Virus record (IMG/VR): IMGVR_UViG_3300037524_000636
Coordinates: 5,857-69,856 of that record
Direction: 5' to 3' (one strand)
From: a virus
Lineage: Duplodnaviria > Caudoviricetes
DNA length: 64,000 bases
Position numbers and translations under genes: made by a program. Shown here piece by piece: positions 19,647 to 28,452 of this stretch; the stretch's first letter is position 1, and every line of letters begins with the position of its first letter. Under the pieces are notes generated by a model. That model was not told the DNA's origin, made no database searches, and worked only from the letters and a program-made list of their open reading frames with translations.

Positions 19647-19865
19647 TCATGGCTTAGTGACGTAGAGTCGCCGGTGGGCCTTGGCGCTACGCGGACCACC
19701 GAACGCTCCCGGCTGTGCGCCATTGTGTTTGCCGTGACCGTGACCGCGCCGTTCGGTCTCACGGTATTTGTCCGACTCCCGGTCGATGCCAAGAGATAGC
19801 AGGCTCGCGAGAGCTGCGAAGAATCCGCGCTTGGCGCGGAACGGTTGCTTTGGTCGTGTTTCCAT
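19647..19865 (-). CDS. Small basic hypothetical protein
   Basis: Fits the minus-strand operon; Arg/Lys-rich. Confidence 0.4.
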   Translation of the reverse strand: METRPKQPFRAKRGFFAALASLLSLGIDRESDKYRETERRGHGHGKHNGAQPGAFGGPRSAKAHRRLYVTKP

Positions 19866-19878
19866 AGTGAATACGGTT

Positions 19879-20061
19879 TCAGGGTTTGGCTTTCTCCGAT
19901 GCCTCCTTCAGCTCAGTGTAGTTCACCATGCAGAAGATGAACTGCTCCCGGTTGAGCTTGGCCTCCCGCATGGCCCGCGGGTCAAACATATTGAACCGGC
20001 CGCCGAGACGGACCTTTTCGTAGGACCGCCAGTCTTCAATTTGCTGCTTGGTGAATATCAT
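19879..20061 (-). CDS. Small hypothetical protein
   Basis: F..YE.VR.GGRFNMFDPRA pattern seen in small phage proteins. Confidence 0.6.
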   Translation of the reverse strand: MIFTKQQIEDWRSYEKVRLGGRFNMFDPRAMREAKLNREQFIFCMVNYTELKEASEKAKP

Positions 20062-20198
20062 CGAAACAACCTCCAGAACAGGCGCGACCAGACGACGCCA
20101 AGCAAGCCGCGCCGGACCGACTTGGCACTGCGAAAGGCCAGCCCGTGCGAGATGCGTGGGCGACGGCCAAGAATGATGACGGGGCGGAACAATCTCAT
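20058..20198 (-). CDS. Small hypothetical protein
   Basis: ATGA-coupled on both sides. Confidence 0.35.
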   Translation of the reverse strand: MRLFRPVIILGRRPRISHGLAFRSAKSVRRGLLGVVWSRLFWRLFR

Positions 20199-20389
20199 GG
20201 CCCGTCCGTGACGATCTTCAGCATGCCGAGCCGCTTGCATCGTTCGACTGCCTTGAGCACATCGTCACGAGAGAGCCCAAGCTGATTGTGTATCTTGTCA
20301 GCGACTACGGCGGGCGGGCGCATGACTTCGCCCGTTCCCATCGTGCGGTAGGATTGAACTCGCTTGGGTCTTGGAATGTATCGGCTCAT
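20195..20389 (-). CDS. Small hypothetical protein (MSRYIPRP..., possible HTH)
   Basis: ATG overlaps the methyltransferase stop; LGLSRDDV..AV.R..RLG.L. Confidence 0.5.
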   Translation of the reverse strand: MSRYIPRPKRVQSYRTMGTGEVMRPPAVVADKIHNQLGLSRDDVLKAVERCKRLGMLKIVTDGP

Positions 20390-20925
20390 TTGCGAATCCA
20401 CCAGCTGGGGAATTGAAGCTTGTCCTGATCGTATTCGCTGATGACAGACAGCTTGCGCTTCACCGATCGGCAAAAGCCATCGACCATCTCGACGTTGAAC
20501 GGCCAGCGTGCGTGATGGTAGTCGTGACCAGCCATGATGCCGTGTGGCTTCACTTTGGGCCACCATAGGTGCATTGTCTGCCCCGCGTCTTGTCCTAGGT
20601 GCGCGTATCCGTCAACGTAGACCAGATCAGCAAACCCGTCTCGGAACAACAGCACCGCGTCGTGAAAGAACGAGCGCACGATCACCGCCCTGTCGCCAAA
20701 TCTGGAGAGCCGGTTCTGTGCCTGCGCGTGTTCGTCATCGTGGTGTCCGCGCTCAGGATCCCTCCACGCGTCGATCGCGTAGAGCGTCACGTCGCGGCGT
20801 CGATCGAGCATCTGCTCTGAGAACTCACCACGGGCGACTCCAAGCTCGATGACGACCGCTCCGGTTGGAAGCAGGTCGGCTAGCTCGACCCGGCTTCGTA
20901 GTCCATCACCATCATTTGTAGTCAT
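20386..20925 (-). CDS. Class I SAM-dependent methyltransferase (Methyltransf_24-like)
   Basis: VIELGVARGEFS, LYAIDAW, DLVYVDG..H, WPKVKPHGIMAGHDY. Confidence 0.85.
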   Translation of the reverse strand: MTTNDGDGLRSRVELADLLPTGAVVIELGVARGEFSEQMLDRRRDVTLYAIDAWRDPERGHHDDEHAQAQNRLSRFGDRAVIVRSFFHDAVLLFRDGFADLVYVDGYAHLGQDAGQTMHLWWPKVKPHGIMAGHDYHHARWPFNVEMVDGFCRSVKRKLSVISEYDQDKLQFPSWWIRK

Positions 20926-21572
20926 ATTTCAATTACGTTGTCCGAAATCAATGCCTTGTTGTGCGTCACCATGACGATTTGGATTCCAAGCTCGCGCGCG
21001 AGCTGATCAAGCATCATTCGCACCTGGCCCTGGTATTGCTCCGAGACGAAGCGAAACGGCTCGTCCAGGACCAACAGGCGTCGACGCTGCGGGCGCACGA
21101 GCGCGAGGCACGACACGCGCAACGCGAATGCTGCGACGTCAACGACGCCTCCGCCCGTCTCCGTAAGCGGGTCGAACTCGACGCCGTCGCGCTCGAAGAC
21201 GAGACGGGCCTGCGTGTGATTGCGCTTGCGGTCGAACAGGATCCTGAAGGCATACGGCTCGTCAAATACCGACGACAGGCACGCGCTCACCGTTTTGACG
21301 ATGCGCTCATGGGCGCGTTGCTGGACGATTTGCGCGACCGATTGAAGCAACTCAAGCGCGCGCAACCGAGCCCTCGACTCGCGCCGTGCTTCACGGTGGG
21401 CAAGCTTCGTTCGTCGAAGCAACTCGCGTGCTGTCTCCCGTCTTTGCAGTAACGCGTCACGCTGCCTGCCACGGGCCGCGATCCACGTAGTCGCTACGTC
21501 GACACTCCCCTGTCCCACGTCGACTGTTTCCTGCTGTAATCCTGGCAGGGACTGGCTGCGCTTCTCACTCAT
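20922..21572 (-). CDS. SbcC/Rad50 (gp46-like) C-terminal ATPase half
   Basis: Signature-like TGGGVVDV, Walker B LLVLDEPF, H-loop MVTHN. Confidence 0.8.
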   Translation of the reverse strand: MSEKRSQSLPGLQQETVDVGQGSVDVATTWIAARGRQRDALLQRRETARELLRRTKLAHREARRESRARLRALELLQSVAQIVQQRAHERIVKTVSACLSSVFDEPYAFRILFDRKRNHTQARLVFERDGVEFDPLTETGGGVVDVAAFALRVSCLALVRPQRRRLLVLDEPFRFVSEQYQGQVRMMLDQLARELGIQIVMVTHNKALISDNVIEI

Positions 21573-21810
21573 GGGGCCAGGCTTGATCGAAGGCCTTGAT
21601 CTTCGCCGCGAGCGACTTCTCCAGCGCTCGCAATTCGGCCTGCATTTCCTTGAGCTTCGCTCGCGCCGCGTCGACGCTCGCGACGCTGAACTCGGCGCGC
21701 AGGCGACGCAGTGCCTCGTCCCGCGCGCCTTGTGCGCGCTCGGCGTTCGTCTTTGCCGAGCGCACGCGCTCTTGCAATCTCTCAAATTCGGTGGTGTTCA
21801 TTTCCGGCAA
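21565..21810 (-). CDS. Coiled-coil protein, probable piece of split SbcC
   Basis: Continuous heptads; between nuclease and C-terminal ATPase half. Confidence 0.6.
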   Translation of the reverse strand: MPEMNTTEFERLQERVRSAKTNAERAQGARDEALRRLRAEFSVASVDAARAKLKEMQAELRALEKSLAAKIKAFDQAWPHE

Positions 21811-22718
21811 TGCTCAATGATCTCCCTGGTTGTCCGTATTGTTCTCTTCGATACGCCTGGCGACTGAAGTGCCTCTTCGACCGCCTGACAGAAATCAAGC
21901 TCGTCGCGCTCGATCGATTCGAGCGCGTCGAGAAAGTCGCGCCCGAGCACGCCTGTCCCATTGGACTCGCTCGCTCGCTCGTCGACCACGTCTTGTGAGC
22001 AATCGAGGGCGATCGAGTTGACCCTGCCGCTCGACATGAGCACGCCCACGCGTGGCTTCGTCGCGATGTCAGGCTTGTGGCGCCGGAAGAACGTCCCGTG
22101 GTTGAAGACGAGGCATCCCGAGCACTTGCTCACGAACGGCTGGTGGTTGTCACCAAACAGGGCGACGTCGAACCCGATCAAGCGAGGCGCCCACGACTTG
22201 AGCGCGCTCGCTTTCGCCGCTCCCGTGTATGCGTTCTCTCGTGACGACCAGATATAGGCGTGGACGACGGCGACGTCCAATCCAGGCTCTTTCTTTTCAA
22301 TCGGCTCGACGTCGCTCCCCCACGGAAAGCCCCAGAAGCGAAACCAATCCTCGAGCACGAGCGGCACGCCTGGCTCGATCAACTTCAGCGCACCAGCCTC
22401 GACCAACGTCCAGAACGCCGAGCGGCGAATGTCCTGATACGAGTGGTGCGGCAAGTCGTGCTGTCCAGGAATCGCGTGCATCACTGGAAGGTGATGGATC
22501 GCGAAGTTGATCAACTCGGGCGGAGCGTTCCACCGATCGAAGACGTCGCCAGCGCACACTATGGGGACGCGAGGACGCCACTTATTACTCAACTCTGAGA
22601 GATGGGCTAGCCCACGAGCTTGGGCGGCGAGCCAGTCTGGCTCTCGCGCGCGCATGACTGGGGGCTTGAGCGACAAGTGGATGTCACTGCACAGGATTGC
22701 GATCGGCTCGTCTTTCAT
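21798..22718 (-). CDS. SbcD/Mre11 (gp47-like) metallophosphoesterase nuclease
   Basis: SDIH, AGDVFD, PGQHD, VVH, GDNH motifs. Confidence 0.88.
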   Translation of the reverse strand: MKDEPIAILCSDIHLSLKPPVMRAREPDWLAAQARGLAHLSELSNKWRPRVPIVCAGDVFDRWNAPPELINFAIHHLPVMHAIPGQHDLPHHSYQDIRRSAFWTLVEAGALKLIEPGVPLVLEDWFRFWGFPWGSDVEPIEKKEPGLDVAVVHAYIWSSRENAYTGAAKASALKSWAPRLIGFDVALFGDNHQPFVSKCSGCLVFNHGTFFRRHKPDIATKPRVGVLMSSGRVNSIALDCSQDVVDERASESNGTGVLGRDFLDALESIERDELDFCQAVEEALQSPGVSKRTIRTTREIIEHCRK

Positions 22719-23743
22719 GGTAGTCGCTTTCCGCATATTGGACACGGCCTGCCCTTGGTTTGTCGAGCGAAGTCGAATTCGGCGATGCGAAGTTCAGACT
22801 CCCTGTCGCTCAGGGCCTTGTCCTTCTCGACGCAGGCTTGGATCAAATCTTGTATCAAGCCAATCGATACGGAAAGAGCGCGCCCCTTCTCCAGCTCGCG
22901 CAAGCATGCGCCGAAGTCGAACGCGCCCGCCTCGCGCTCGAAGCGATCGACGATGGAGATCAGCTCGCACAACGTCTTGCACTGCTCGTCAATCTTGTTG
23001 CAGCTCTCTATCACCGTCGAGAGTTTGTCCCCAAGCGTGGACGCAACCTTCGCGCGCGCCAGGATTTGCTCGAAGCTTGCAGTCTCGATCATCAGCGAGT
23101 TGAGTCGAGCGCACGACGCGCGCAACGCGCGAGCCTTGCCATCCATGGCTTCGATCCCGGAAAGATCACGATCGAAGCGTGGCGCATGCGCAAAGCGGGA
23201 AACCTCAACCTTCGCCTCGCGCAATTGAGAGGCAAGCATACCACATCGGCTCTTCGCCTCGCGCACGAGCGAGGACGCGCGCGCGAGCGTCTTGTCGATG
23301 ATGCCGAGGTCGACGATCGCGTTCAGGTGCTCTGCGACCTGCCTGCCTGTCTCGACGAACCACAACGGAGAATCGTGCTGGAGCTGAAAGTTCAGCTCGT
23401 CGACGCTCAACCGTTGCGCGATGGGTGCAGGCACGTCGTTGCCGAACGAGACGAACTGCTTGTCGTCGAGAACGTAGGTATTCACCGACCGACTACGGGC
23501 ACGCTCGATCCTCGTCCCGTCGCTCAAGACAAGAGCGACCCGACACCGCTTGCGCCCGCGCTCGATGAATGTCGCACCCAGGGGCCTGTTCGAGCACAGC
23601 CAGCGCAAGGCTCGAATCACTGCGCTCTTGCCGCTGTCAGTCGCACCAATGATCGTGGTGACCGTGGGCGCGAGTGCCACCTTGAGCTTGCGGTGGCATT
23701 GGAAGCTTCTCAGCTCAAGCTCTCGCAACACGGTATCTTTCAT
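22715..23743 (-). CDS. SbcC/Rad50 (gp46-like) N-terminal ATPase half ending in a zinc hook
   Basis: L.LRSFQCH..L, Walker A GATDSGKS, Q-loop FQLQHD, coiled coil, terminal CPIC. Confidence 0.85.
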   Translation of the reverse strand: MKDTVLRELELRSFQCHRKLKVALAPTVTTIIGATDSGKSAVIRALRWLCSNRPLGATFIERGRKRCRVALVLSDGTRIERARSRSVNTYVLDDKQFVSFGNDVPAPIAQRLSVDELNFQLQHDSPLWFVETGRQVAEHLNAIVDLGIIDKTLARASSLVREAKSRCGMLASQLREAKVEVSRFAHAPRFDRDLSGIEAMDGKARALRASCARLNSLMIETASFEQILARAKVASTLGDKLSTVIESCNKIDEQCKTLCELISIVDRFEREAGAFDFGACLRELEKGRALSVSIGLIQDLIQACVEKDKALSDRESELRIAEFDFARQTKGRPCPICGKRLP

Positions 23744-23974
23744 CGTTACGCCGATCGGGTTTGGATTTGTGTGCGCGGCCAGCACACTCGACCAGAACGC
23801 TCATCGGAAGGGTGCGCAACCGAACTGGCAACTCGCTCATTGCCTCGCCATTACGCAAGCGCTCAACGATTTCTTGCTTGATCTTCAAGGTAACTTTGAC
23901 TGACTTCATCGAGTTATTATCGACGCTGGGCTTGTACTGAGAAACTGCTTACCAAGTTTACTACAAAAAAAAGC

Positions 23975-24003
23975 TTGCGTGATGTGCTTGTTGCACGTAG
24001 GAT
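23975..24003 (+). promoter_or_regulatory. Sigma70-type early promoter TTGCGT-N17-TAGGAT with upstream A-tract
   Basis: Read directly; ATG 8 nt after the -10 box. Confidence 0.7.
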
Positions 24004-24011
24004 TGCTGACG

Positions 24012-24762
24012 ATGAAGAACAAGATCAACCTGATCACGCACTGTGGTGCGTCGAGAGCAACACGGGCCGAGCTCGCTCGCTCCATCACGCCGGAGGGCAC
24101 CGACCGTTGGTGCCCGATCCCGCACAACCGGCTCTTGGAGCTGGTCGACGACTCGCTCAAGAGCGCGAAGCTGACCGTCGTCAATGAGGCTCACGCGATG
24201 ACGCAGGACCGATACTTTGGGATGCTGCAAATCACGAGCCGAGCGTCACGAAACGATGAATACAGCTGGGTGCTGGGTCTTCGCAACTCGCACGACAAGC
24301 GATTCCCGGCCGGGCTCGTCGTGGGGGAGCGGCGTCTTCGTTTGCGACAACCTCGCGTTCTCCGGCGAGATTCAGGTCGCGCGTCGTCACACGACGAACA
24401 TTCAGCGCGACTTGCCGAGACTCGTCAACACTGCCGTCGCGCAACTCGTCGAGAAGTGGACGAGCCAAGACAATCGCATCGCTGCCTACAAGCAGCTTAC
24501 GCTCACCGACGAGGAAGTGCACGACATCGCGATTCGGAGCGTCGACTTGAACGTCTTCCCGATCACGATGGTCCCGAAGCTTCTCTCCGAGTGGCGCGAG
24601 CCAACCTACGAAGAGTTCGAGCCGCGCACCGGCTGGAGCCTGTTCAACGCCTACACGCAAGTCTTGAAGGACGCGGGCTCGCTCGCGCTCTTGCCGAAGC
24701 GGACGATGGCATTGCACGGGCTCTTCGATGGTCGCGCCGGACTAGCGTCGGGTGTGAACTGA
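24012..24762 (+). pseudogene. DUF932-family protein interrupted by a +1 frameshift in a G5 run at 24323-24327
   Basis: Frame 1 ends ...RNSHDKRFPAGLVVG; the next frame continues SGVFVCDNLAFSG; removing one G restores one ORF. Confidence 0.7.
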
Positions 24763-24783
24763 CGCGCGTCACTCGACGACAAG

Positions 24784-24817
24784 ACCCCCACTCCTTCGGC
24801 AGGAGTGGGGGTTTTTT
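24784..24817 (+). terminator. Rho-independent terminator
   Basis: 12-bp stem acccccactcct/aggagtgggggt plus T-run. Confidence 0.9.
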
Positions 24818-24884
24818 GTGGTGTGCAAGCTCTTGATGTGCAAGCAACTTGTGCAACGTCTCACTCGACATCGCAAAAAAGGTC

Positions 24885-24912
24885 TTGTGTAATAAACCCG
24901 TTGGTCGATGAT
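24885..24912 (+). promoter_or_regulatory. Putative early promoter TTGTGT-N16-GATGAT
   Basis: ATG 8 nt after GATGAT, as in four other promoters. Confidence 0.5.
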
Positions 24913-24920
24913 GCAAGTCG

Positions 24921-25343
24921 ATGACACACAAAGAGGCACACAACACCGCCCGGGGCAAAGACGTTTGGCAGGGCATGAACTGGATTCGCCCAAGCAAGCG
25001 CCTCGCGATCTACCTCCGCGACGGACTGGCTTGTTGCTATTGCGGTGACACGATCGAGCAGGGCGCAAAGCTCTCTCTCGATCACGTCAAGCCTCACTCG
25101 AAGGGTGGCACGAACCACACAACCAACCTGGTGACGTGCTGCAAGCGGTGCAACGACTCCCGTGGTAACCGGAGCGTCGCGAAGTTCTCGCGCGACGTTG
25201 CTACCTACCTGAATCACGGAGTGACGGCAGAGTCGATCGTCGCCCACGTTCGGAACTGCCGGTTCCGCAAGATCGACGTCGACGAGGCGAAGGAACTGAT
25301 TTCACGGCGTGGCGGATTCACCGCTGCGCTGAACAACAAGTGA
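24921..25343 (+). CDS. HNH endonuclease
   Basis: RDGLACCYCG..SLDHVKPHSKGG.N..NLVTCCKRCN. Confidence 0.92.
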   Translation: MTHKEAHNTARGKDVWQGMNWIRPSKRLAIYLRDGLACCYCGDTIEQGAKLSLDHVKPHSKGGTNHTTNLVTCCKRCNDSRGNRSVAKFSRDVATYLNHGVTAESIVAHVRNCRFRKIDVDEAKELISRRGGFTAALNNK

Positions 25344-25354
25344 GACACACAACG

Positions 25355-25537
25355 ATGACACACACAAAGACCGAGACGACAACAATGTGGTTCACCGCCG
25401 AAGAGCGCGCTGGCTTCCAGCTCCAGGTCGACGGCAAGTCCTGGCTCTTGGACGACGAGATCTGGGCCGAGCTTTGGGAGATTCCGAATTCCGTGAGCCC
25501 GACCGGGCTTCACTTCATCGCGTCGTGGGAGAGCTGA
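25355..25537 (+). CDS. Small early hypothetical protein
   Basis: CA-rich start region; coupled to next gene. Confidence 0.55.
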   Translation: MTHTKTETTTMWFTAEERAGFQLQVDGKSWLLDDEIWAELWEIPNSVSPTGLHFIASWES

Positions 25538-25815
25538 TGAAGACACGAGTCACACACAACGGCAGTGCGATCACCATGACCGAGTTCGAGGTCCGCGAGA
25601 TCGACGAGCACGGCGACGCGCAAGACGTCAATCACTACAATGACGCATCAAGCGCGTTGATCGCAGCCCAAAGGTTGATCTCGACTGGCGTCGCCGCCGT
25701 AGTCGTTGAACGGCACACTTCGCGACATCCGGCGCACTTGTTCGGCACGCCGGACACTTACGCTTTGATTGCCAGGTTTGGCAACCGCTCCGCGCTCAAA
25801 GCGTGGGGCGCATGA
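25537..25815 (+). CDS. Early hypothetical protein
   Basis: TGATG coupling; MKTRVTH start. Confidence 0.6.
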   Translation: MKTRVTHNGSAITMTEFEVREIDEHGDAQDVNHYNDASSALIAAQRLISTGVAAVVVERHTSRHPAHLFGTPDTYALIARFGNRSALKAWGA

Positions 25816-25852
25816 CCAGTAACAACAAACCGAATACGGAGACACACACAAG

Positions 25853-26155
25853 ATGAGATACTTCGCACTGCAACACCAGGGAGAAGACGGGTTCGTCGAG
25901 TTGAACCCACTCCCGTATCCGACGTCGCGCCGCAAGTTGATGACGGCGCTTTACCGCTGGTGGCCCCGGCACGGCACCAACCGCACGATCGCCGACATGC
26001 AGCGACGTGGCTTGATCGTCGTTTGCGCGATGAGCGAGGACGAGCACGAGCGCGACATACGCCAAGTCGAGCGCGACATACGCCAGGTCGAGCGCGACGC
26101 GCGCGAGGCCGAGGCGTTCTTCGCCAGGGCTGCGACGGAAGGGCTCGAACGATGA
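25853..26155 (+). CDS. Early hypothetical protein with a 21-bp tandem duplication (ERDIRQV x2, 26048-26089)
   Basis: GGAG leader; repeat read directly. Confidence 0.6.
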   Translation: MRYFALQHQGEDGFVELNPLPYPTSRRKLMTALYRWWPRHGTNRTIADMQRRGLIVVCAMSEDEHERDIRQVERDIRQVERDAREAEAFFARAATEGLER

Positions 26156-26853
26156 AGCGCGCGAAGACATCGAAGCCCGCACCAGTGTTCGACGACTTCT
26201 GGCTTGAGTGCTCGAAACCACCGAAGGGCTTGCTCAAGATCGAGCTGGTGCCCACGCGTCGACGCATCTATGGCGACGAGATCCTGGCCGACCACGCGAG
26301 CACAAGCGAGTCCATCAAGTCGATTGCGAGCGCACCCACACCCGCGCAAAGCAAGCCCACTCCGAAGCCGACATCGCTCGACGTGGTCGGCCAGTCCCTC
26401 CTGTCGTTGTGGAATGACTACGGCGTCGAGTATGTCGACTTGCGCAAAGGTCGAGTCAAACTTGTGCGCAATGAGAGCGAAGCCAGCCACCAGCTCGTGC
26501 CGACGTCGTTCAACGTCGATCGCGACCTGTGCGACGCGCCCGAGTGGCACGCACTCTCCGTGATGATCGAGCCTGTCCAGGCGCGGCCAGTCCTGAAGCG
26601 AGGCCCGCTTGGAAAGTTCAAGGTGAGACGACGCTTCACTCGCGCGACACGGCCCGCCTACAAGCTGGGATCGCCCGTCGATGGACGCCGCAAGAGCATC
26701 ATGCAAATGCTGGACGTTCTCAAGGTCACGCCTCGCGCCGACGCGCGTCGTTACGTCAAGACTGCGGACAGCGCCGAGCTGCACGAAGTCTACCTCAGTC
26801 TATGTCGCGCCGAGCACAACCTGCGCCTGGCCAGGAAGGAGAAGTCACGATGA
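26152..26853 (+). CDS. Hypothetical protein
   Basis: ATGA-coupled at both ends. Confidence 0.6.
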   Translation: MKRAKTSKPAPVFDDFWLECSKPPKGLLKIELVPTRRRIYGDEILADHASTSESIKSIASAPTPAQSKPTPKPTSLDVVGQSLLSLWNDYGVEYVDLRKGRVKLVRNESEASHQLVPTSFNVDRDLCDAPEWHALSVMIEPVQARPVLKRGPLGKFKVRRRFTRATRPAYKLGSPVDGRRKSIMQMLDVLKVTPRADARRYVKTADSAELHEVYLSLCRAEHNLRLARKEKSR

Positions 26854-27152
26854 GCATATTCGGCTGGAGTTACCCACCCGGCGCTGCGGACGATCCGTCA
26901 GCGCCTTACAATCAAGACGACGATCGGTGCTGGATTTGCGGGGGCGACGTCGACTCTTGCGTCTGCGACGAGTGCCCAGTATGTGGCACGATCGGCGATC
27001 CAGACTGCTACACCGAGCACGGCATGAAGCACAACGCCACGCAGCTCGCTGTGATCGAGCGACATAAGCTCGAAGAGCGCGAGCGCATCGAGCGTGAGAA
27101 CGCGCTTTACCAGATGTCACTGGACGAGCACAAGAACGAGGAACAAATATGA
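26850..27152 (+). CDS. Small Cys-rich (zinc-binding) hypothetical protein
   Basis: SYPPG..DP.APYN start; CWIC..C.C..CPVC..C. Confidence 0.65.
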   Translation: MSIFGWSYPPGAADDPSAPYNQDDDRCWICGGDVDSCVCDECPVCGTIGDPDCYTEHGMKHNATQLAVIERHKLEERERIERENALYQMSLDEHKNEEQI

Positions 27153-27877
27153 GAACACGAACCGAAGGCGCGCCGTCGCGCGCCATGATGCTTGCGAGCC
27201 CGCGCCCTGAGAGCGCGGGTTCGCGCTTTCTACCGATCTCGCATCAGCGCGTGCTGCATGCGTTGATCGATGCAACCAAGTCGATGGGTGCCAATCTCGT
27301 GCCCATGATGACTGTCGCGAACCAGTGGCAATACAACGGCCTTTTCCGGGTCTTGTATCAAGGTCGTCAATACGTAATGGGGGTTCACAACAGCAACGAT
27401 CGCCGAAGCGTGATGTCGATTTACTTCGGGAGCATGACGACGAGCGACGACGACACCGCGCTCTTCATCCCGTTCCGGCTTCCCGTTGGGCGCAAGCGCA
27501 CGGGGGTCTTCGACGTCGACGCGCGCGTCCTGAACGCCGTGAAGACGTTCCTGTCGCCTGACTCGCCTCAGGCAGAGGTCTTGCGCAAGCTGACGACGGA
27601 CGTGACGACGAGCTGGCACGACAAGCTTCTGGACTGGCCCCAGTCCCTCAAGCTGTGCGACACGCTCAGGCGCAACGGTATCGTCCCCACAACTACGGCG
27701 ATGAAGATGTTGCATTGGATGTCCGACCTGCTCGTGCGCGACGCCAGCTCGTGCAGCATGCTCGCCCTGGCGCGATGCTTCACTCGGCTGACGAGCGGGC
27801 GCGCCCCAATCCAGTATCTCAATCGGCAATACAACTTCGCGACCACGCTCATCCAACACGGCGTGCTCCGCAAATGA
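27149..27877 (+). CDS. Divergent DUF932-like protein
   Basis: PISHQRV and GVHNSNDRR match PIPHNRL and GLRNSHDKR of the 24012 gene. Confidence 0.45.
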   Translation: MRTRTEGAPSRAMMLASPRPESAGSRFLPISHQRVLHALIDATKSMGANLVPMMTVANQWQYNGLFRVLYQGRQYVMGVHNSNDRRSVMSIYFGSMTTSDDDTALFIPFRLPVGRKRTGVFDVDARVLNAVKTFLSPDSPQAEVLRKLTTDVTTSWHDKLLDWPQSLKLCDTLRRNGIVPTTTAMKMLHWMSDLLVRDASSCSMLALARCFTRLTSGRAPIQYLNRQYNFATTLIQHGVLRK

Positions 27878-28452
27878 AGCGAGGTAAACACATCGGGAGA
27901 AAGCGAGCCACCCAAGAGTTCGAGCGACTGCACCTCATGTTGTGCAAGCTCGCGCACGAGGCCGCGGGTGTCTACTCGATTCCGTTCCAGGAGTTGCTGA
28001 GCGAGGCGAACGCGATCTTCATGAGCGAGCTGTCTCGGTTCGACCAGGGCAAGTCGTCGCTCACGACTTGGATCTACTCGAAGGTGCGGTGGGGCTTGAT
28101 CGACTACGGGAGGCGCGAGATCAAGCGTCAGCGCCGATTCGTCAGCGCGACGCTCAATGGGATCGACCTCGAGTTGCTTGCTGGAAGCGTGCAGCACGAG
28201 GCGTCGAACGTATTGCTGGAGTCGATACGAGCGAGCGGCCTGATAGGCGCGCACGCGAAGGAGCTCGCGTTGCTGCTCGCGAGCGACCTCGACGAATCAC
28301 TCGCGAGCAAGATCGAGAGTTGCAAGCGCGCGCAAGTGCACCTGCGCAAGGCGCTGCGCGAGCACCTGATCAACGAACTGAACTGGGAGGAGAGACACGT
28401 CGACGAGGCGTTCTCGGAATTGTCATGGATCGTCACTCGCACAAGACCCTGA
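27874..28452 (+). CDS. Phage sigma-factor-like protein (region 2-like)
   Basis: FQELLSEANAIFMSELSRFDQGKSSLTTWIYSKVRWGLIDYGRRE. Confidence 0.65.
   Translation: MKRGKHIGRKRATQEFERLHLMLCKLAHEAAGVYSIPFQELLSEANAIFMSELSRFDQGKSSLTTWIYSKVRWGLIDYGRREIKRQRRFVSATLNGIDLELLAGSVQHEASNVLLESIRASGLIGAHAKELALLLASDLDESLASKIESCKRAQVHLRKALREHLINELNWEERHVDEAFSELSWIVTRTRP

Noticed and set aside
24921-25343. HNH as a mobile homing element
   Set aside because: Free-standing short HNH in an early operon, not interrupting a gene; common in phages
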